Origin: Raillietiella orientalis
Taxonomy: Eukaryota
DNA length: 64,000 nt
Direction: 5' to 3'
Assembly: GCA_036172245.1 (NCBI GenBank)
Contig: JAYWIR010000024.1
Span: forward strand, 2,170,001-2,234,000
A program made the translations under genes and the position numbers. Within the stretch, counting starts at the first letter, position 1. Each line of letters opens with the position of its first letter. The notes under the pieces were generated by a model, which was given only the letters and a program-made list of their open reading frames with translations, searched no databases and was not told where the DNA came from. Below are positions 37,681 to 51,294 of the stretch, piece by piece.

Positions 37681-40600
37681 CGCAGGTTCCTCGGATATCT
37701 TGGGACCCGGGGAAGAGGGCTGAGGAGCCGAAAGAGCTGAATATCCCAGCAGGTTCCGGTGCAGAGCACACCCGGGGTAGGGAGGCGTGTTCCAGCATCG
37801 AGCTCTCCCGCGACACCCAGAGGAGGCATCGGATCCCCATCTGATGCTCGCCGAGAAGCGGCAACTCATCGTGCACTGCAGCAGCCTTCACCGGTTGAGG
37901 AGATGGTCGTCGCCCGGCAAACGACGGAGTGTTCTCCTACACATACCTACGTAAACCATACCTAAGCAAACACAATAAGGGAAAATGCTTTCTCTATGGA
38001 GTCCAGGCTTAGAGAAAGTTCTGACGCGCGTCCACCGAGGAGGAAGGGTAAGGAGAAAGTCGGAGGGACGGAGAGGAGAGGTAAATGAATAAAAGATCCG
38101 CATGTATTTTTCCGAGGAGGAAAGGACCACCGGGTCCCCGAACCGTGGGAGATTCCACTCCAGGTTCCCTGCCGCAGGCGTCCTTCCTCGCCAGGTAGGT
38201 GCCGAGGGGTGTGAGGTCGCTGCCCTTCTTTCAGATGCTGGCAGACCGTGGCGGACTCCGCGAACCCGGTGGTGCGGGATGGCCGTAGGGGCAGTCCCTC
38301 CAGGAAGGAAGAATCTTCTTACCTGACCCCTTCTGCTCATGTGGGGGAGAGCTCGGAGAAATCAGCGCCCCGCTGCAATCGGGTAGAAGAGCGGGAGCGC
38401 TCCCATGCCCGGCGCGTCCCCGGAGCGATGCCCTCCGCCGCTGCTTTCCCGCCCTCGTCTCGCGGTGTCGGCGCTTGCTGCTCGGCATGGCGAAGGAAGA
38501 ACACTCGCTGCGTGCTGCTGCCGCCGCCGCCGCCGTCTGGATCTGTCTGGGAGGCTACCAGGTCTCCGAGGAAGAGTCCCGAGAGCTTCTCCTGTTGCGG
38601 ATCAGCCCCTTTGCCCTGACTCCAGAAGTCGCCGCTCTGGACAGCTGACCGGAAGACCATTCCCCCAAGGAGCTCGGTCGCTACTTGCAGGTCGTCTTCG
38701 AGAGAGGTCGCAGGGGTAAAAGGAGAGAATCTCCCTCTCCATCCCATCGGAATCGCTCTTTCTCACGTCTCCCCTTTGAAGTGACTTCTTACGGTGAAAA
38801 GTGAACGAAAGATGGTGTTCCCTCCTCCTCTGCGTTCACGTGACCCGATTTTCAGTCAAACCTGTTCCGGAAGAGGGTTGCGCGCCGTTTCCGCCGTTGA
38901 CAGTGAGGCTCCCCTGCTGCCCCGGCCGCACGTGCGCCATCTGGCTCTGGTCGGTCGAGCAAGAAAGGCGGGAGAGGGGGAGGCTGCAGGGATTTGAACC
39001 CGAAGCCTTTTCCCTCAAGCACCGGGCTGTGCGAGCAGGGGATCGGGACTATCAGTCGGAGGAGCGTCGAAGGTTGACCTGCACCCTGGTGAACGCCTCC
39101 TCTCCCCCCCCCCCCCATCTCCTCCAAAACGAACCCAAGAGCGGCCCCGCCGCAGTCACGAGGGACTGCTGAGGGCGTCCCCACTGTCGTGCCGCGGTGC
39201 TGAGAGCTAGATGGCCAGAGCGGGAGCGAAAAACCGCTGCGTGACAGCAGCACCCCTTCCCTGCCTCAGAGGTCTCGGTACGGGATCTCAGTCCGGGCGC
39301 CACATTGCTCAAGAACCCGGTTCGGGATAGGAGGTGAGGGTGGTAAGCGGGGAGGAGGAAAACACGTCTGGCGTGTGCGTTGCTTTGTCCTCAGGAAGCT
39401 GCACGGCTCCTCGAAGGGAAAAAGGGGATTGGGACACCAGGGGTGTTCGTTCGAAGGCATCCTCCTTTCTCGCCCCGTCTCCCTTCCGAGGTCGAAGGGG
39501 GTCTTTCGAAAGAGCCCCCTCAGGGCTCTTCCCGAGCGGATGAACGCAAAACCAGAGGCGCTTCGCGCTTTGAGGAGGTGAAGGGGGCAGGAGAAGGCCT
39601 CGGGGTCTCGGAAGCGGAGGGAGGGGGGAGATGCTCCTGCGTTGGCAGAGAGGCGAAGGCGCCGGAGGCTCCTCGAAGCCCACGCGCTCCAGGCAGGTGG
39701 TCTGAGGGGTTCCCTGTGGATGACGGGAAGAGGCAGGAGGAGGAACCAGGGGTAAAACTAGGGGTCCACGGCTGGACACCTCAAGAGTACGAACTTGATG
39801 GTCGAGAGGACCCTGCGGTGCGATCGCCTCCTCCTCCACGGACCGGCTGAGCACTGAACTCGACCGTCGTGACTTCGAGAGATTCTCCTTCCTTTTTGAC
39901 GCAGGAGGTACTTTGGAGTAGCCTCCGGGACAGGAGTTCCCCCTTGCTCAGCGAATCCGTGGGAAGACCTACTCTTCCTCAGGGGAGGATGAGAAGAGGA
40001 GGTTGGAGGAAGGGACCCGCCAGGAAGCTCATGCCCTGCGTGCGTTCCGGGAGGGCTAATTTCTCCGGGGACTTGGGAAGATCGACTGGACCGCGTGCGG
40101 GGACCGTTCCCGCGGAGCGCTCCTCCTGACAAGACCTCCAGGATACCTCTCTGGAGCGTGGGCTGCCTCTGAGGCGATTCCGCACCGACGGCGGACCCAG
40201 GCGATCGTCCTTCTCCCGCAGGAGCACAGGGAAGGGAAAGGTTCTCTGCCATCCCTGCCGCGAACTGGCAGGGATGGCCTTTTCCGGGGGCGCACGCATG
40301 GATGCGTCTCCAGGGTCTGTGACACCAGCGGGCAGGTCGCGGCGGGCTGCGCAGCAGAGCCCGACTTCCGCACGGTCGCCATGCGTCCTGCTGCCAGTGG
40401 CAGCCGGCAGCGCAGTCGGGAGCCTCAAACAGGAGGCCGACTTCGTCCCGCAGCTCGCCCTATCGGGGGGACGCCCACGGAGGACCAGGCTCCACACTTG
40501 TCCAGAGTTCGGGAAAAGGCGGGGAAGTGCTCCGCGTGACGGGAGTCTCATCCCAGGGGAGGTTCGGCTACCGGATGCTTTGCTTCGCCTCCCAACCCGC

Positions 40601-43600
40601 GCTGCCAATCAGCCGAATGAAGAGGAGGAAGGAGGAGGAGGAGAGGAAAGGAGGAAGGAGAGAACACACGCGCCCACCCAGGAACCTACCTGCTAACCAG
40701 CTCGCCTCGAATTTCCCTTCGCCGTGCCTCTCCAACCGGATTCGGGGATTTTTTTTTTTTCTTTCGACCATGACCGCCAACCCGCTTGGCGTCCCACAGG
40801 CTCCTTCCCTCCTGCCATCCTCCGTTCCCGGGGGAAAGAGGAGGTCTGAGGAATGGGAGGCGGTGCGGCAGCACCCAACCGAGCCGCTCAGGACTCGCGG
40901 GCCTCTGTGGCGCACTGCCCTTCGGAAAGGAGCACCGAATGGGCGTGTCCGCTCTTGGAAATCTGGGAATCGTTTTCTTGGTGATGGTGCTCCACCAGAG
41001 GAAACCTTCCTGCCCCCACTGACACGTTCGCAGCGGCCGCTGATGAGCCGTCCGATTGGGATGATGCGAGGCACAAACGAGTGGAAACGGTCTGCTCCCG
41101 AGCCTAAGGGTCGCCCCTTTCCTTTGAGGTGCCTCAGAAGAAAAAATAGGGCGGAACGGCGGAGAGGTGAAGGGGAGCTATACTCTGGCTGACGTCCCTC
41201 TGCGTACAGGAGGCGCATCTGCTGCTGCTATTGGTTATACATTGTGAAAGACGCTTCGCTTTCGAGCATCCTGCTGATCTTGGAGATTGCGGTCGGCAGT
41301 CAGGGGCGAACGGTCGCCATTTTGCTTTTCGACCACCCACCCCCTTCCCCCCCCCCGAAGTTCTCCAAAACATTCGCCACCGCCGACCGGTTCCCGGTTT
41401 GGACCGGAGGAGATCGGCGACGCTGAGTGATGAGAGGAGAACCCAAACCGTGCCCATGCTGTCCCTGCCCTCACTGGGCCAGCTTTGCACTGACCCGCCA
41501 GTATCACTACTTCCGGCCAGCTGAGATCCTGGCGCGTTGGTAGAAACGGACTTCTCGAGCTTCCGGACGAAAAGGAAGTCTGGGTGACATGAGAGCGGCT
41601 CTGGTCCGAGAAAACAACACTGGACGCACCAGCCAGCCTCTTGCAACAACGGAATGATTCGCGACGGCTCTTGCCGCTGGTTGCCATGCAGACGAATGTT
41701 TTCAGTCCTTGAGCTGCCCTAATTTTTATGGTCTCCAGGCCTCTCGGCAGATTCTGTTTCTGTGCACTGCCCTGCTGAAAGTCTCTTCGCTTCCCTCCTG
41801 CTCCCCCCTTCCGCAGAGCAGAATACCGTTTCCACGGTGCAGCATGCGAGCAATCAATCTCTACGCGAAAAAAAAAAAAAAAAAAAAAAAGAGAGAGGGA
41901 GAGAGGAAAACATCTTCCAGATTGGAGCTCTCAAGAATAGCAGACGGGAAAGCGGTTACTCCGGAAAATCGATCGTCCCTGTTCTTCGGGGAGTCATTTC
42001 TCCATCTCCCACCGCGCGTGCGCTGACGAGCCGCTTCTCGCCGGGCGTTGCGCGTCGGAACCTTGCGAGGAGAAAACACACCTCAAGGGAACACCCTTTA
42101 CGCTCGCAAAGAAATTTCAGGAATTTCACGGAAAGCACGGCTTCGGTTCTGCTGCTGCCGTTGCATGAACGATCGACTGCAAAATTGAGCGCGCGCGCGT
42201 GTCCGCCGCGGACCGAGGTGCGTCGCCATGGCGCCTCCTCCTTCTCCTCCCCCCCCCCCAGCTTTTTTGTTGCCGCGAATCTTCTGAACCTTTTGCCCGC
42301 GCGAGACGTAGCGGGAAAGCCCACAGGGTTTCTTTCTCCGTGCCCGTCGGAGTTTCGCTTGCCGTACTCGACTGCCCCACGAGGAGAGCACCTTCGCGGA
42401 TAGGCACGCGTTCCGTATCCGCCCCGGCACGGTGCGGTCAACGAGCCCATTTCGCGCAGACGAACCGGCTTTGCCTCGGCGTTGAGTTTTGGATGCGGGG
42501 GATGCTGTTGATGTAAATGGCGCCGCGCTAGCGTCGGTCGGGCCCCCTGCCCCTTCTGCAAGAGCTTTTTCGATCCCGTGAAATCCCGCGTTGATTCGCA
42601 CGCACGCTTCCGCGTGGGGAGGAAGGAGTACGCCAGCGTCGGTGGATTCGTTCGGTTCCATCTTGCAGCTGGAGGAGATTCCTGCCCTCGGGAGCAGACG
42701 ACGAAATGCCGTTTGGCTGTCTTGTAGGAGCAAATCACCGGTGCTGACGGTCGCAGGAACCGGACGGCTTCGGTGGATGGGTTGCTTCGTATCTGCTCAG
42801 AGATTATCTCGTCAGTCGTTCCAGTGCGTTGGCTCCATTCGTTCCGTTTTTTAAAGTTGTTTTGATTTTATGTCAAGGCGCGTTGTGCGTTGGCTCTGAA
42901 AGGCAAAATTTTCCTCCTGCGATCCGTTCAAGCTGGACGGAATTCCGTACATGCGGAATAAGAAACGCCTTTCCCTCCGTCAGCACCGAAACCGATTTTA
43001 CAGGTTGGACACTTTCTAGCGTACAGGAAAACGAAATGCTTTCCCGAGTTCGCAAGATCCGGTACGATCTTCTTCCTGTAGGCAGCCATTCCACGGAATG
43101 CTTTGAACAGGCCTGTTTCTGGAAGAAGGAAGGAAGGAAGGAAGGGGGTGGGGGGGGGGGAAGCGTCCCCTTGAGTTTTCAGTATGTAATCCATAGCGAG
43201 GTAATACATACAGAATCTCAGTTTCTCAGCCGAGGGCATTGCTCGAATTAGTCGGCCTAATTTGATTGAACCGGGAACTATTAATCTGCAGCTTGTACAA
43301 GAGCTTGGATTTGAAGGTCTCGACAGCCTTGCATGGTCTGCGTGTTATGTAAATCTCGTTGATAAAAAGTGCAAGGAAAACAGCTTGTGAGCCATTTTTC
43401 TTTCTCAGGTCGGCACCGGAGCGACGAGATACTAATACGTCGTGCTTTAGCAGACAGATCGATGAAAATCAAAACAACAACCCAGCTTGTTTTCATTAAA
43501 AATATTTGCTTAATACTTCGGAGCACTCTATTTGCCTGCTGACCCCTTTCAATTCCGACACCTCAAGTGACCCGTTGAACAGCACCAAGAAATGGACCAC

Positions 43601-45784
43601 ACATTAAGGCAACCAACGGCAGCCAGAGATGCACGTTTATTAGATTAAGTCTTGGATGGGCTTCATAACTGGCTATCGACTTTAATACTTTCTGTTAAGT
43701 ATCCCTGTAATCTTGGGGTTCCAAAAACTCTGCGACGCATTTGCATCAGAAGAAAGAAGTTCACCACAGCTGCTGTTTAACAGTGAGCAAACTTCGTGCA
43801 GCATCATTAGTCATCGTTGCTGAGGTCCGATGTTTCCGCTTTTGCTTCAAAACGTAATCTTCAACATAATCCCTGAAAGTAGTGATGACCACATGTACGT
43901 CGGCCTTCAGTGAGATGCCTCTGGAATCTCGTAGCAAACGAGGAAGAGTTTGAGGACGACCGGCGACGTTGAGAATAGTAATTTCCGTTCTAGTTATTCT
44001 GTTTTTAAGTGACCAGTCGCACACTAATGTGACGGTAAAGGTTACGCAAAGTGTATTCATTGGAGACCAAGCAGCTGAAAGAAAATGTGAACTTCGCCAA
44101 AGGAGAGGTGAGATGAAGAAGTTGTTGAGAACCGTAACATGTTATGAATAATTTCATATTCATAACTCCTCCAAAGTCAGCTTTACGAATCAGTAATCGG
44201 GCAATCTAGGTTCAGATAATTAATATCATACACTAAACATATGCATATATGTGTGCATGCATGTATGTGTATACATGAAGATTGCAGCAGCAGACCAATC
44301 TATATCAGCATTTGCATGTATATATGGGTATTATGCATGCTACCTGAAAACCTGTGCAGACATTATGTAAAGACATTTTGCATAAGTGTCGACAAGATTC
44401 GTAAATTTCGCTTTTTTGTGAGTTATTGGGAAAGTAGGTGGCGAGCTATTTGAAAAATCTTCTGCTCCCCCTCTCTCTCTCTTTCTGCCTTTCAGAAACC
44501 TGAATGGGGCTGTCATTTACTTCGTGAGCACTCCAGGAAAAAAAAAAAAAAAATCCGGAAATCACTGGGAATAATTGTACACCTTATACCACGATCACAA
44601 AATGAGGCCGTTGGAAAATACGTTTCTTCAATCCTTTTGCTTATCCTGGAAAACTCCGGTTGGAAAAAAACAGAATGGCGTGAAGACGTGTGATTCGGAA
44701 AGTCACTTCCGGCTGATTTATCCACCAATTTGTAATTTATGATGATGAAAAGAGAAGCTGGTTCCTTAACTGTATTTCAAAGGAAAGCCGTTACATATGG
44801 AGCAGATTCTCTGGAGAACGTGACTTTGAACATGTTGGCAATATGCAAATTTTTCTTTTTGAGATATGAAAGAGATTTATTTCCAGGTCTCGAGCTAACG
44901 TTTCGGAGATATCTGCTAATAACCATGATGTGCTCTCATAATATGATTGTACTTTGACACCGCAGCATCCATCCCCAGTATCAAGTTGCAACAGCATCGT
45001 TTTGCACATTGCAGTTCTTTTCTAAATGCATTTTTTCCTATTTTTCCATCCTGTTCAAAAAGGTCTATGAGGTAAGCAGAGGTATTGGAAGTTTCCTGTG
45101 GGAAGCTTCCAATACCTCTGTTTCCAAAAACACTCTTCCTGTGGGAAGTGTTGTTTTTTTTTTTCTTTTTCCAGCTGGTTTTTAACACGTAAGATTTTAT
45201 TCAAATCCAAATCTTCCAGCGGACCTCTGGCAAAACGAATTTACCTTTTTTTTTTTTTTTTTTAAGGAGCAACAGACAAAGAATATAAGGATGCAAATCT
45301 CCCCATGAGCTGTTTACAAGAGTTGAGCTACATTTTGCTGTCTTTATGATAGAATTAGATGTGATTCCTTGTACTTCGAATGTGTTCAACCAAGATTCTT
45401 TATAATAAGAATAATAAAAGAGCTGGCGTCGTTCCGTGTGCAACCGCTAGAATTTTCTCGAAAATCCGAAGATGAGCGTGCGATTCTGAAATATTATGTC
45501 AAAGCTATGGAACCCCAAGCATTTGCGAATTCGATGAATTTTGGATATTTTCAGGCTCATCTTTTGCCTTTTTGCAACACAGAAATCCACCACTTGAATC
45601 TGCTGGTGATTTTTTTTTCTTCCTTCCGGCCGTTCGGATTCTGCTCTTGATTTTGAAACAAATTTTACGGACCGAAATTTGTTACAGTCTGACACATCGT
45701 CGAAAAATATTCAGTTACGAAAATTGCGTCGTCATTTGCCTTTTTTTCGGTAAGTCGTGGTGGATATTCCAACAGTCATTCCAA

Positions 45785-45829
<45 letters not shown>
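45785..45829. repeat. (AAT)15 microsatellite
   Basis: Read directly. Confidence 0.95.
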
Positions 45830-46299
45830 CGCTGTTTGATTCTGGAGATAAATCTCTCAAAATCGAGCTGGAACTCGCGAGAGGGGGGGGGGGGAGGGAA
45901 CCTTTAAATCGAGACGCAACTTATTAAAAATAAAATACTGCTCTTATTTTGTTTGAAAGAATTAGCAGCTTTGCAAAGCCGACGGCACTTTTTCCCCGGG
46001 TTTTTGGCGACGTGGGCTCGGGCAGAGGGAAAAATTAATTACCACATGTATGTATTTTTCCCCGAGTAATTCCTGAGCGGAACTTTAATTCCGAAGGTTT
46101 CCATGGCATTACACAATTTTCTTCGGCTGTACGTCTGTACGCATGCTCTAAGATTTGTGGAAAGCGTAGTGATTCAAGTATTATGTTTTAGCACGCCATT
46201 ACAATTTATGCTGAATTGAAATATTTTGGTGATTGCAGCCCGGCATCCGAGGGAATATTCAGTGTACGATAAGTATTTGCATGCTGCTGGAAGTGTTTT

Positions 46300-46604
46300 T
46301 TGGTGATTGCGATTTCGTCGGTTCGTTTTTTTTTTTTTTTTTTCCTTCTTTGGGAAAATTTCATTTAGATCGACGTACGATGTGAACCGCACAAATTAGA
46401 TCTACATATTGATTAAACGAGCTTCGAAGCACCGCGTGTTCATTTATTTATTTATCCTGTGTCCGTGTTTTCGTGTTTTGTGGAGTTTCGTCCGACCGAC
46501 CTCCGTTTTTGTTTTGTGTGTGTGTGTGTGTGTGTTTTTTTTTTTATTTAATCGGGGTGTCATCTGTAGTGACAATCATGAATGCCCCCGTTTTTCCATC
46601 AGCA

Positions 46605-46635
<31 letters not shown>

Positions 46636-47700
46636 AAAAAAAAAAAAAATGCCAACGTAGCTGCCTCGTTGTCGCAATCGTATTCCGTCGTATTTTAAAA
46701 CCAAATTAATTTCGACGGTTTTTCGTCGGACGCGTTATTTATTTGCGAAAGCACGAAGCCAATAAGCAGGCGAATTACGTACGCCTCGGCTTCGTTAATA
46801 TTTAAGATTTCCGATGTACGTGCTAAATGAAGACAATGGTTCTCCACCAAGAGCGTTGCAGCATCCGTGTAAATGTCAACTGAAGTACGTCTTTGCAATT
46901 TAATAGTTTTCCTGTGCGGATTTAGGAATGCGATCGTGCCTGTGTACAGTTTTTTTTGATATATATATTATTATTATTATTGTTGTTGTTATTCCCCCCC
47001 CTCTCTTTTTTTTTTTTTTTTTTTTGCATCTTTGGCATATCCGCACGTTATCACTGTTTTCGTGTCAATGTAGTAAGTTTTCGAGAAGGATTGTGCCGTG
47101 TTCACGATTATTCCCAGTGTAATGCTGGCATTTTCTTCCTCCTCCTCCCCCCCTTTCCCCCTCACTTTGCAAGTATCGATAAGAGCAGTGTTCTGCAACA
47201 ATTGGAATGCAAATGAACACCAAAGTGTAGTAACGAGTCGTAAATTGCGTGTTTCGTGTCGGCCTCCTGGTAATTTTGAGTGTGTGTTTCCTTTCGGACA
47301 CGTTGTGTTTCGGGCTGTCTGCATATTTTTCCAGATAACATGTTACGTTTAAATAAGTAGCGCCCGTTTTGCGGAATGTTATAATGTAATTATTATACAG
47401 TGACGTGTGTTTTCAGTTCTGGAAGATCTAGGTCGTTGATTTTGTCGAGACCTTCTGTGTTCCACCATGACGGAGAGTGTCGTAGTGAGCAAAATGTTTC
47501 CGTGTATTTGCATAACGAAATTTCTTTTTTCTTTCGTTTTTTTCCTCCTTTGCGTTGGGGGGGGGGGAGGAGGAGGAGGAAAATAACTACATAATGCGTC
47601 CGTTGGCAAAAATGTAGCTTTGCAATTTTTGTTTTTTCGGACGATTCTTGCAAGGGCTTTTTATATGAAATATTGTGTGCCGGACGCCTTCCGTTGAAGT
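46300..47700 (+). promoter_or_regulatory. CpG-rich non-coding region, probable promoter and first non-coding exon of the ZC3H10-like gene
   Basis: CpG-dense although AT-rich, and directly upstream of a CpG-poor block leading to acceptor TTTTTAG at 50048. Donor-like GAA|GTACGT at ~46885 and a DRE-like TATCGATA at 47174-47181. Confidence 0.35.
46606..46635. repeat. (AAG)10 microsatellite running into a poly-A tract
   Basis: Read directly. Confidence 0.9.
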
Positions 47701-50142
47701 TTTTCCAAGAGACCACCTGAAAAAAAGAAAAAATAATCCTTAATTCCAGCGATGAAGTAGCTTTTGGTGCAGCAATTTGAGCATATCCGCATCGTGCAAA
47801 AGAAAAAAAAAAAAAAGGGAGAATTTATTTATTTGTTTATTTATTTATTTTGATATCAAGCAGTATAAAATCTATCTTGATGTTATATTTGAGATTTTGA
47901 TTTTAATTTCCTCGCGTACGGACTTTTTTGGTTTGTTGTGTATGATTAAAAAAAATATAACGCATTTAGCCCAAAAAGTGCTTTGAATTTGAGAACAAAA
48001 GTTCCTTTAAGATTGTGCAGTTTAAAAAATTTTTTTGATAATTTCAGCATTTAGTCTACAAAAACTGATATGTTAAATTTGCATGTAATCATTTGGGTAA
48101 TGTATTCACATGCTTAATGTTTTCATTGTATAACATGATTTCTGCCCACTTGGAGTCTTTGTAGTTGTGATATATTGGTTTGTAATGTTGAAAGATTCTG
48201 TTTGCCCAAATTGCTTTCTGCTTCAAGTATCCATAGGGAGCATAATAATTATGCGTTAATATAACCTACATTGTATTATTGGAAAAATATTTACAATTTA
48301 TATTATTCCTTAATTAAGAGTCAAGTTTCTTGGAGGACTATTCTGTAGTCAAAAGCAGCTTAAAAAGTTGATATAATTAGTTGAAGGTTTGTAAATCGAA
48401 AGATCCTTTTTCTTCTCATTTAATTGGTATTTTTCCAAGTGAACATGTAAGTGGCATTCATAAAGATTGATGAGATTTGTGCAAGATGCATATTGGATAA
48501 GATGCCTTGTGGAATGAAACAGATATTATTGTTCCCTTTTTGTCATTCTACATTTTCAATGTGTACATGCATATGATTATTTTAGAAATTAAGGATGTCA
48601 AAGAATGTAAGAGTGAGATCATCTGCTTATCTGATGGAAGTGTGCTAGGTATTTGTACATGCAGTAACAACAGAATGTTTTTTTGGTTGAAAGTGAATTT
48701 TGATTTAGGAAATGGTAATTCTCTTTGACAAGTCTAGCAATGTTTGATTGTGGTATGATTGATTTTTGTGTATGCTACCAAAATTATCATCAGACTTGAT
48801 GCATTTGCACTAATTTACCCTACACAAATCGTGTAAGAAATTCTTGAGGAATTTTCATTGCCCATTACAAAGTTTTAAGGTAACTGTGATTTGTGTTATG
48901 AATTTATGGAATGGTGCTGCATAAAAGTTTATTTGAATATTCTCAGTGTCCTGAAAATAATGAAAAATGAATGTCTTGCATACCCAAGCATATTAATAAT
49001 TGCTTTTTTAAAAAAAGTACACAATTTTCAGATATGTATTTCACCATTTAAATTCATTTACTGTTCATTGATCAGAATAATGTGTATTTAGGTTAATGCA
49101 GTACTTTAACGTAATTTCGAAGGATGAATTCGTCAAAGTGTTTCTAAAAATAAGCAGCCAGGTTTGAGTATGTTTCAGCACATTAATACAACAACCTGTG
49201 TTGCATAGTAGTCAGATTGAAAAGAAGCATGTCTTATGTTTTCAGTCTCCAGGAATCAGAAGTTGTATAAAACCTCTAGTCTTGTGCATTTCACAACTAG
49301 CATGTTTATAGATTAGTTGTTCACACAGTGAAGAATTCTTAAAGTGGCAGTGTGAAGCCAAGGTGTATTCCGTATTGTACACTCCTTTTTTATAAACCAT
49401 GCTTTGCAGTACAGGTTGTCATTTGCCATCTAAAAATATTTCCAGATGTTCCAAAATTCATCAGAAAATGCTTGTATTTTATAGGCCTTGTTAGTGTATT
49501 TTAAGTGCCTTCTGCTTAGAGAGGTCTTAGCAAATTGGTATTATCTGTTGCTAAATTAGCCAGTGTCAAAATTTAATGTTGACAACCATGTCAGCAAATA
49601 GCTGATTTTTTTTTTATTTTTTCTTTTCTTTGGCCTTTTAAAACTTGGTATTTGTACCTTATCCCAGTTCAGTTCATATTGGCATCTGAAACAACACACG
49701 CAGTCAGAAATTTTTGCTTCTTTGTTTAGGATTAATAGTATTTATACCTGCTAATTTTTTAGGAATTTATCTTTGAGAACTGTTATTTTGGTTTTGGATG
49801 CTACAGTTTCAAGTTCTATCAGTTGTGATTTTTCTCGATGTCTACTTCAGAATGCGCAAGTTTGTTCTAATTTGAACAACCATCAGTGTTTTCGCTTTAA
49901 ATGAATTTAAGTTAAAGTGTAACAGTGTATTCGTAGAATCAGCAGTATCTTTATCAAAGTAATTTGTAGATGTGTCTTGCATATCATTTAAATGAATTTT
50001 ATCATAAGCTGATGTTCTAATGTTTAAATCATTTCATGTAATTTTTAGAATTGAACCATTGCATCAGTATCTTGTCACCTATTACTGATAGCATTTGATT
50101 AGTTGGTTAGTCACCCTAATTCCTATTAATTATTTAAAATAC

Positions 50143-51294
50143 ATGGATGGAGAAGCAGAATTAGATGGAACAATTTGCCGAGACTATTTGAGAAATGTTT
50201 GCAAACGGGGCATTAAATGCAAATATAAGCATCCTAATGTAGAGGAGCCTGACAACACTCCAATGAAGCATACTGATTATATATTTTGCCATGATTACCA
50301 AAACAGAGAATGTCAGCGAGAAAACTGTCGGTTTATTCATTGCACATTTGAAGAAGAAAATCACTTCAAAGCAACAGGAGAACTTCCTCCTTACGTTCTT
50401 AACATGGCAATTCGCAAAGGAATTGCCCCAGATCTTCCTATCAAAAGGGGTGAACCACCGATTTGTAAAGATTTTCTCAAAGGTGACTGCAGACGAGGTA
50501 GCAAATGTAAATTTCGACATCTCAATTCACAAGAATACATTACTGAATTGTACACCAACTGTTTCAAAACTAAAGATCAATATGTCTTCAATGGATGTGA
50601 GAGAAATGATTTGTACGAACCAGAAACAAAAAGAATCCACTTTGAAAATGTAGTTGTAACAAATGGAACTTCTCTAGCCTCATTTCCATTTCATACTACT
50701 GCTGTGTCATTTAGTTCACAGCCAAATCCTGCAAATCCAACATTCACTGTAGATTTACATTTACAAACTCTAGAAGAGGAAAATAATTATCTTAAAAGAA
50801 GAATTCATGAACTTAAGAAACAAGTGGATGATCTAACTGCAAGCAATGAATTTTTGCTCGAGCAGAATGCACAATTCCGTTTGGGAAAACAAACAACAAC
50901 AACGGTCACTGCTGTTAATCTCCCTCCAGGTACCAACACAATGGCACCTGCACCATCTACAATAGCTCAGATATCTACTCAGTTGCCACTCACTAATGAG
51001 ATTAGTGTTGTTAGTGCTCCACCACCTACAGCTTCACTCACTGCAACACAAGTGGGTGCTTCTACAGTTGTCCCTGTTTCACTTTCCCAAAGTGCAGCAG
51101 TAGCTTTGGCAACAGCTCCAGTTTCAGTTACTTTGACACAACCTGTCACAGCTGTTTCAATATCACAGGCTATTCCAGCTCCAAATCATCCAACTATGAG
51201 CTTGAACAGTGCTGTGAATACTTCTCTGGTTTCATATCCAATTATGACTCAAGGAATGCAGCCAATGATTGCTAGCACAACTATTAATCCTTAA
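50143..51294 (+). CDS. ZC3H10: CCCH zinc-finger protein, ZC3H10-like, 383 aa, single coding exon
   Basis: Three C-x7-C-x5-C-x3-H fingers (CRDYLRNVCKRGIKCKYKH, CHDYQNRECQRENCRFIH, CKDFLKGDCRRGSKCKFRH). These are followed by a coiled coil LEEENNYLKRRIHELKKQVDDLTASNEFLLEQNAQFR and a T/A/P/S-rich tail. AATAAA at 51581-51586. Confidence 0.9.
   Translation: MDGEAELDGTICRDYLRNVCKRGIKCKYKHPNVEEPDNTPMKHTDYIFCHDYQNRECQRENCRFIHCTFEEENHFKATGELPPYVLNMAIRKGIAPDLPIKRGEPPICKDFLKGDCRRGSKCKFRHLNSQEYITELYTNCFKTKDQYVFNGCERNDLYEPETKRIHFENVVVTNGTSLASFPFHTTAVSFSSQPNPANPTFTVDLHLQTLEEENNYLKRRIHELKKQVDDLTASNEFLLEQNAQFRLGKQTTTTVTAVNLPPGTNTMAPAPSTIAQISTQLPLTNEISVVSAPPPTASLTATQVGASTVVPVSLSQSAAVALATAPVSVTLTQPVTAVSISQAIPAPNHPTMSLNSAVNTSLVSYPIMTQGMQPMIASTTINP

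Noticed and set aside
50095..50142. TTG-initiated extension of ZC3H10 in the ORF track
   Set aside because: Eukaryotic gene; the first in-frame ATG is at 50143.
50161..50653. Alternative-frame and antisense ORFs over ZC3H10
   Set aside because: Shadows of the true frame.
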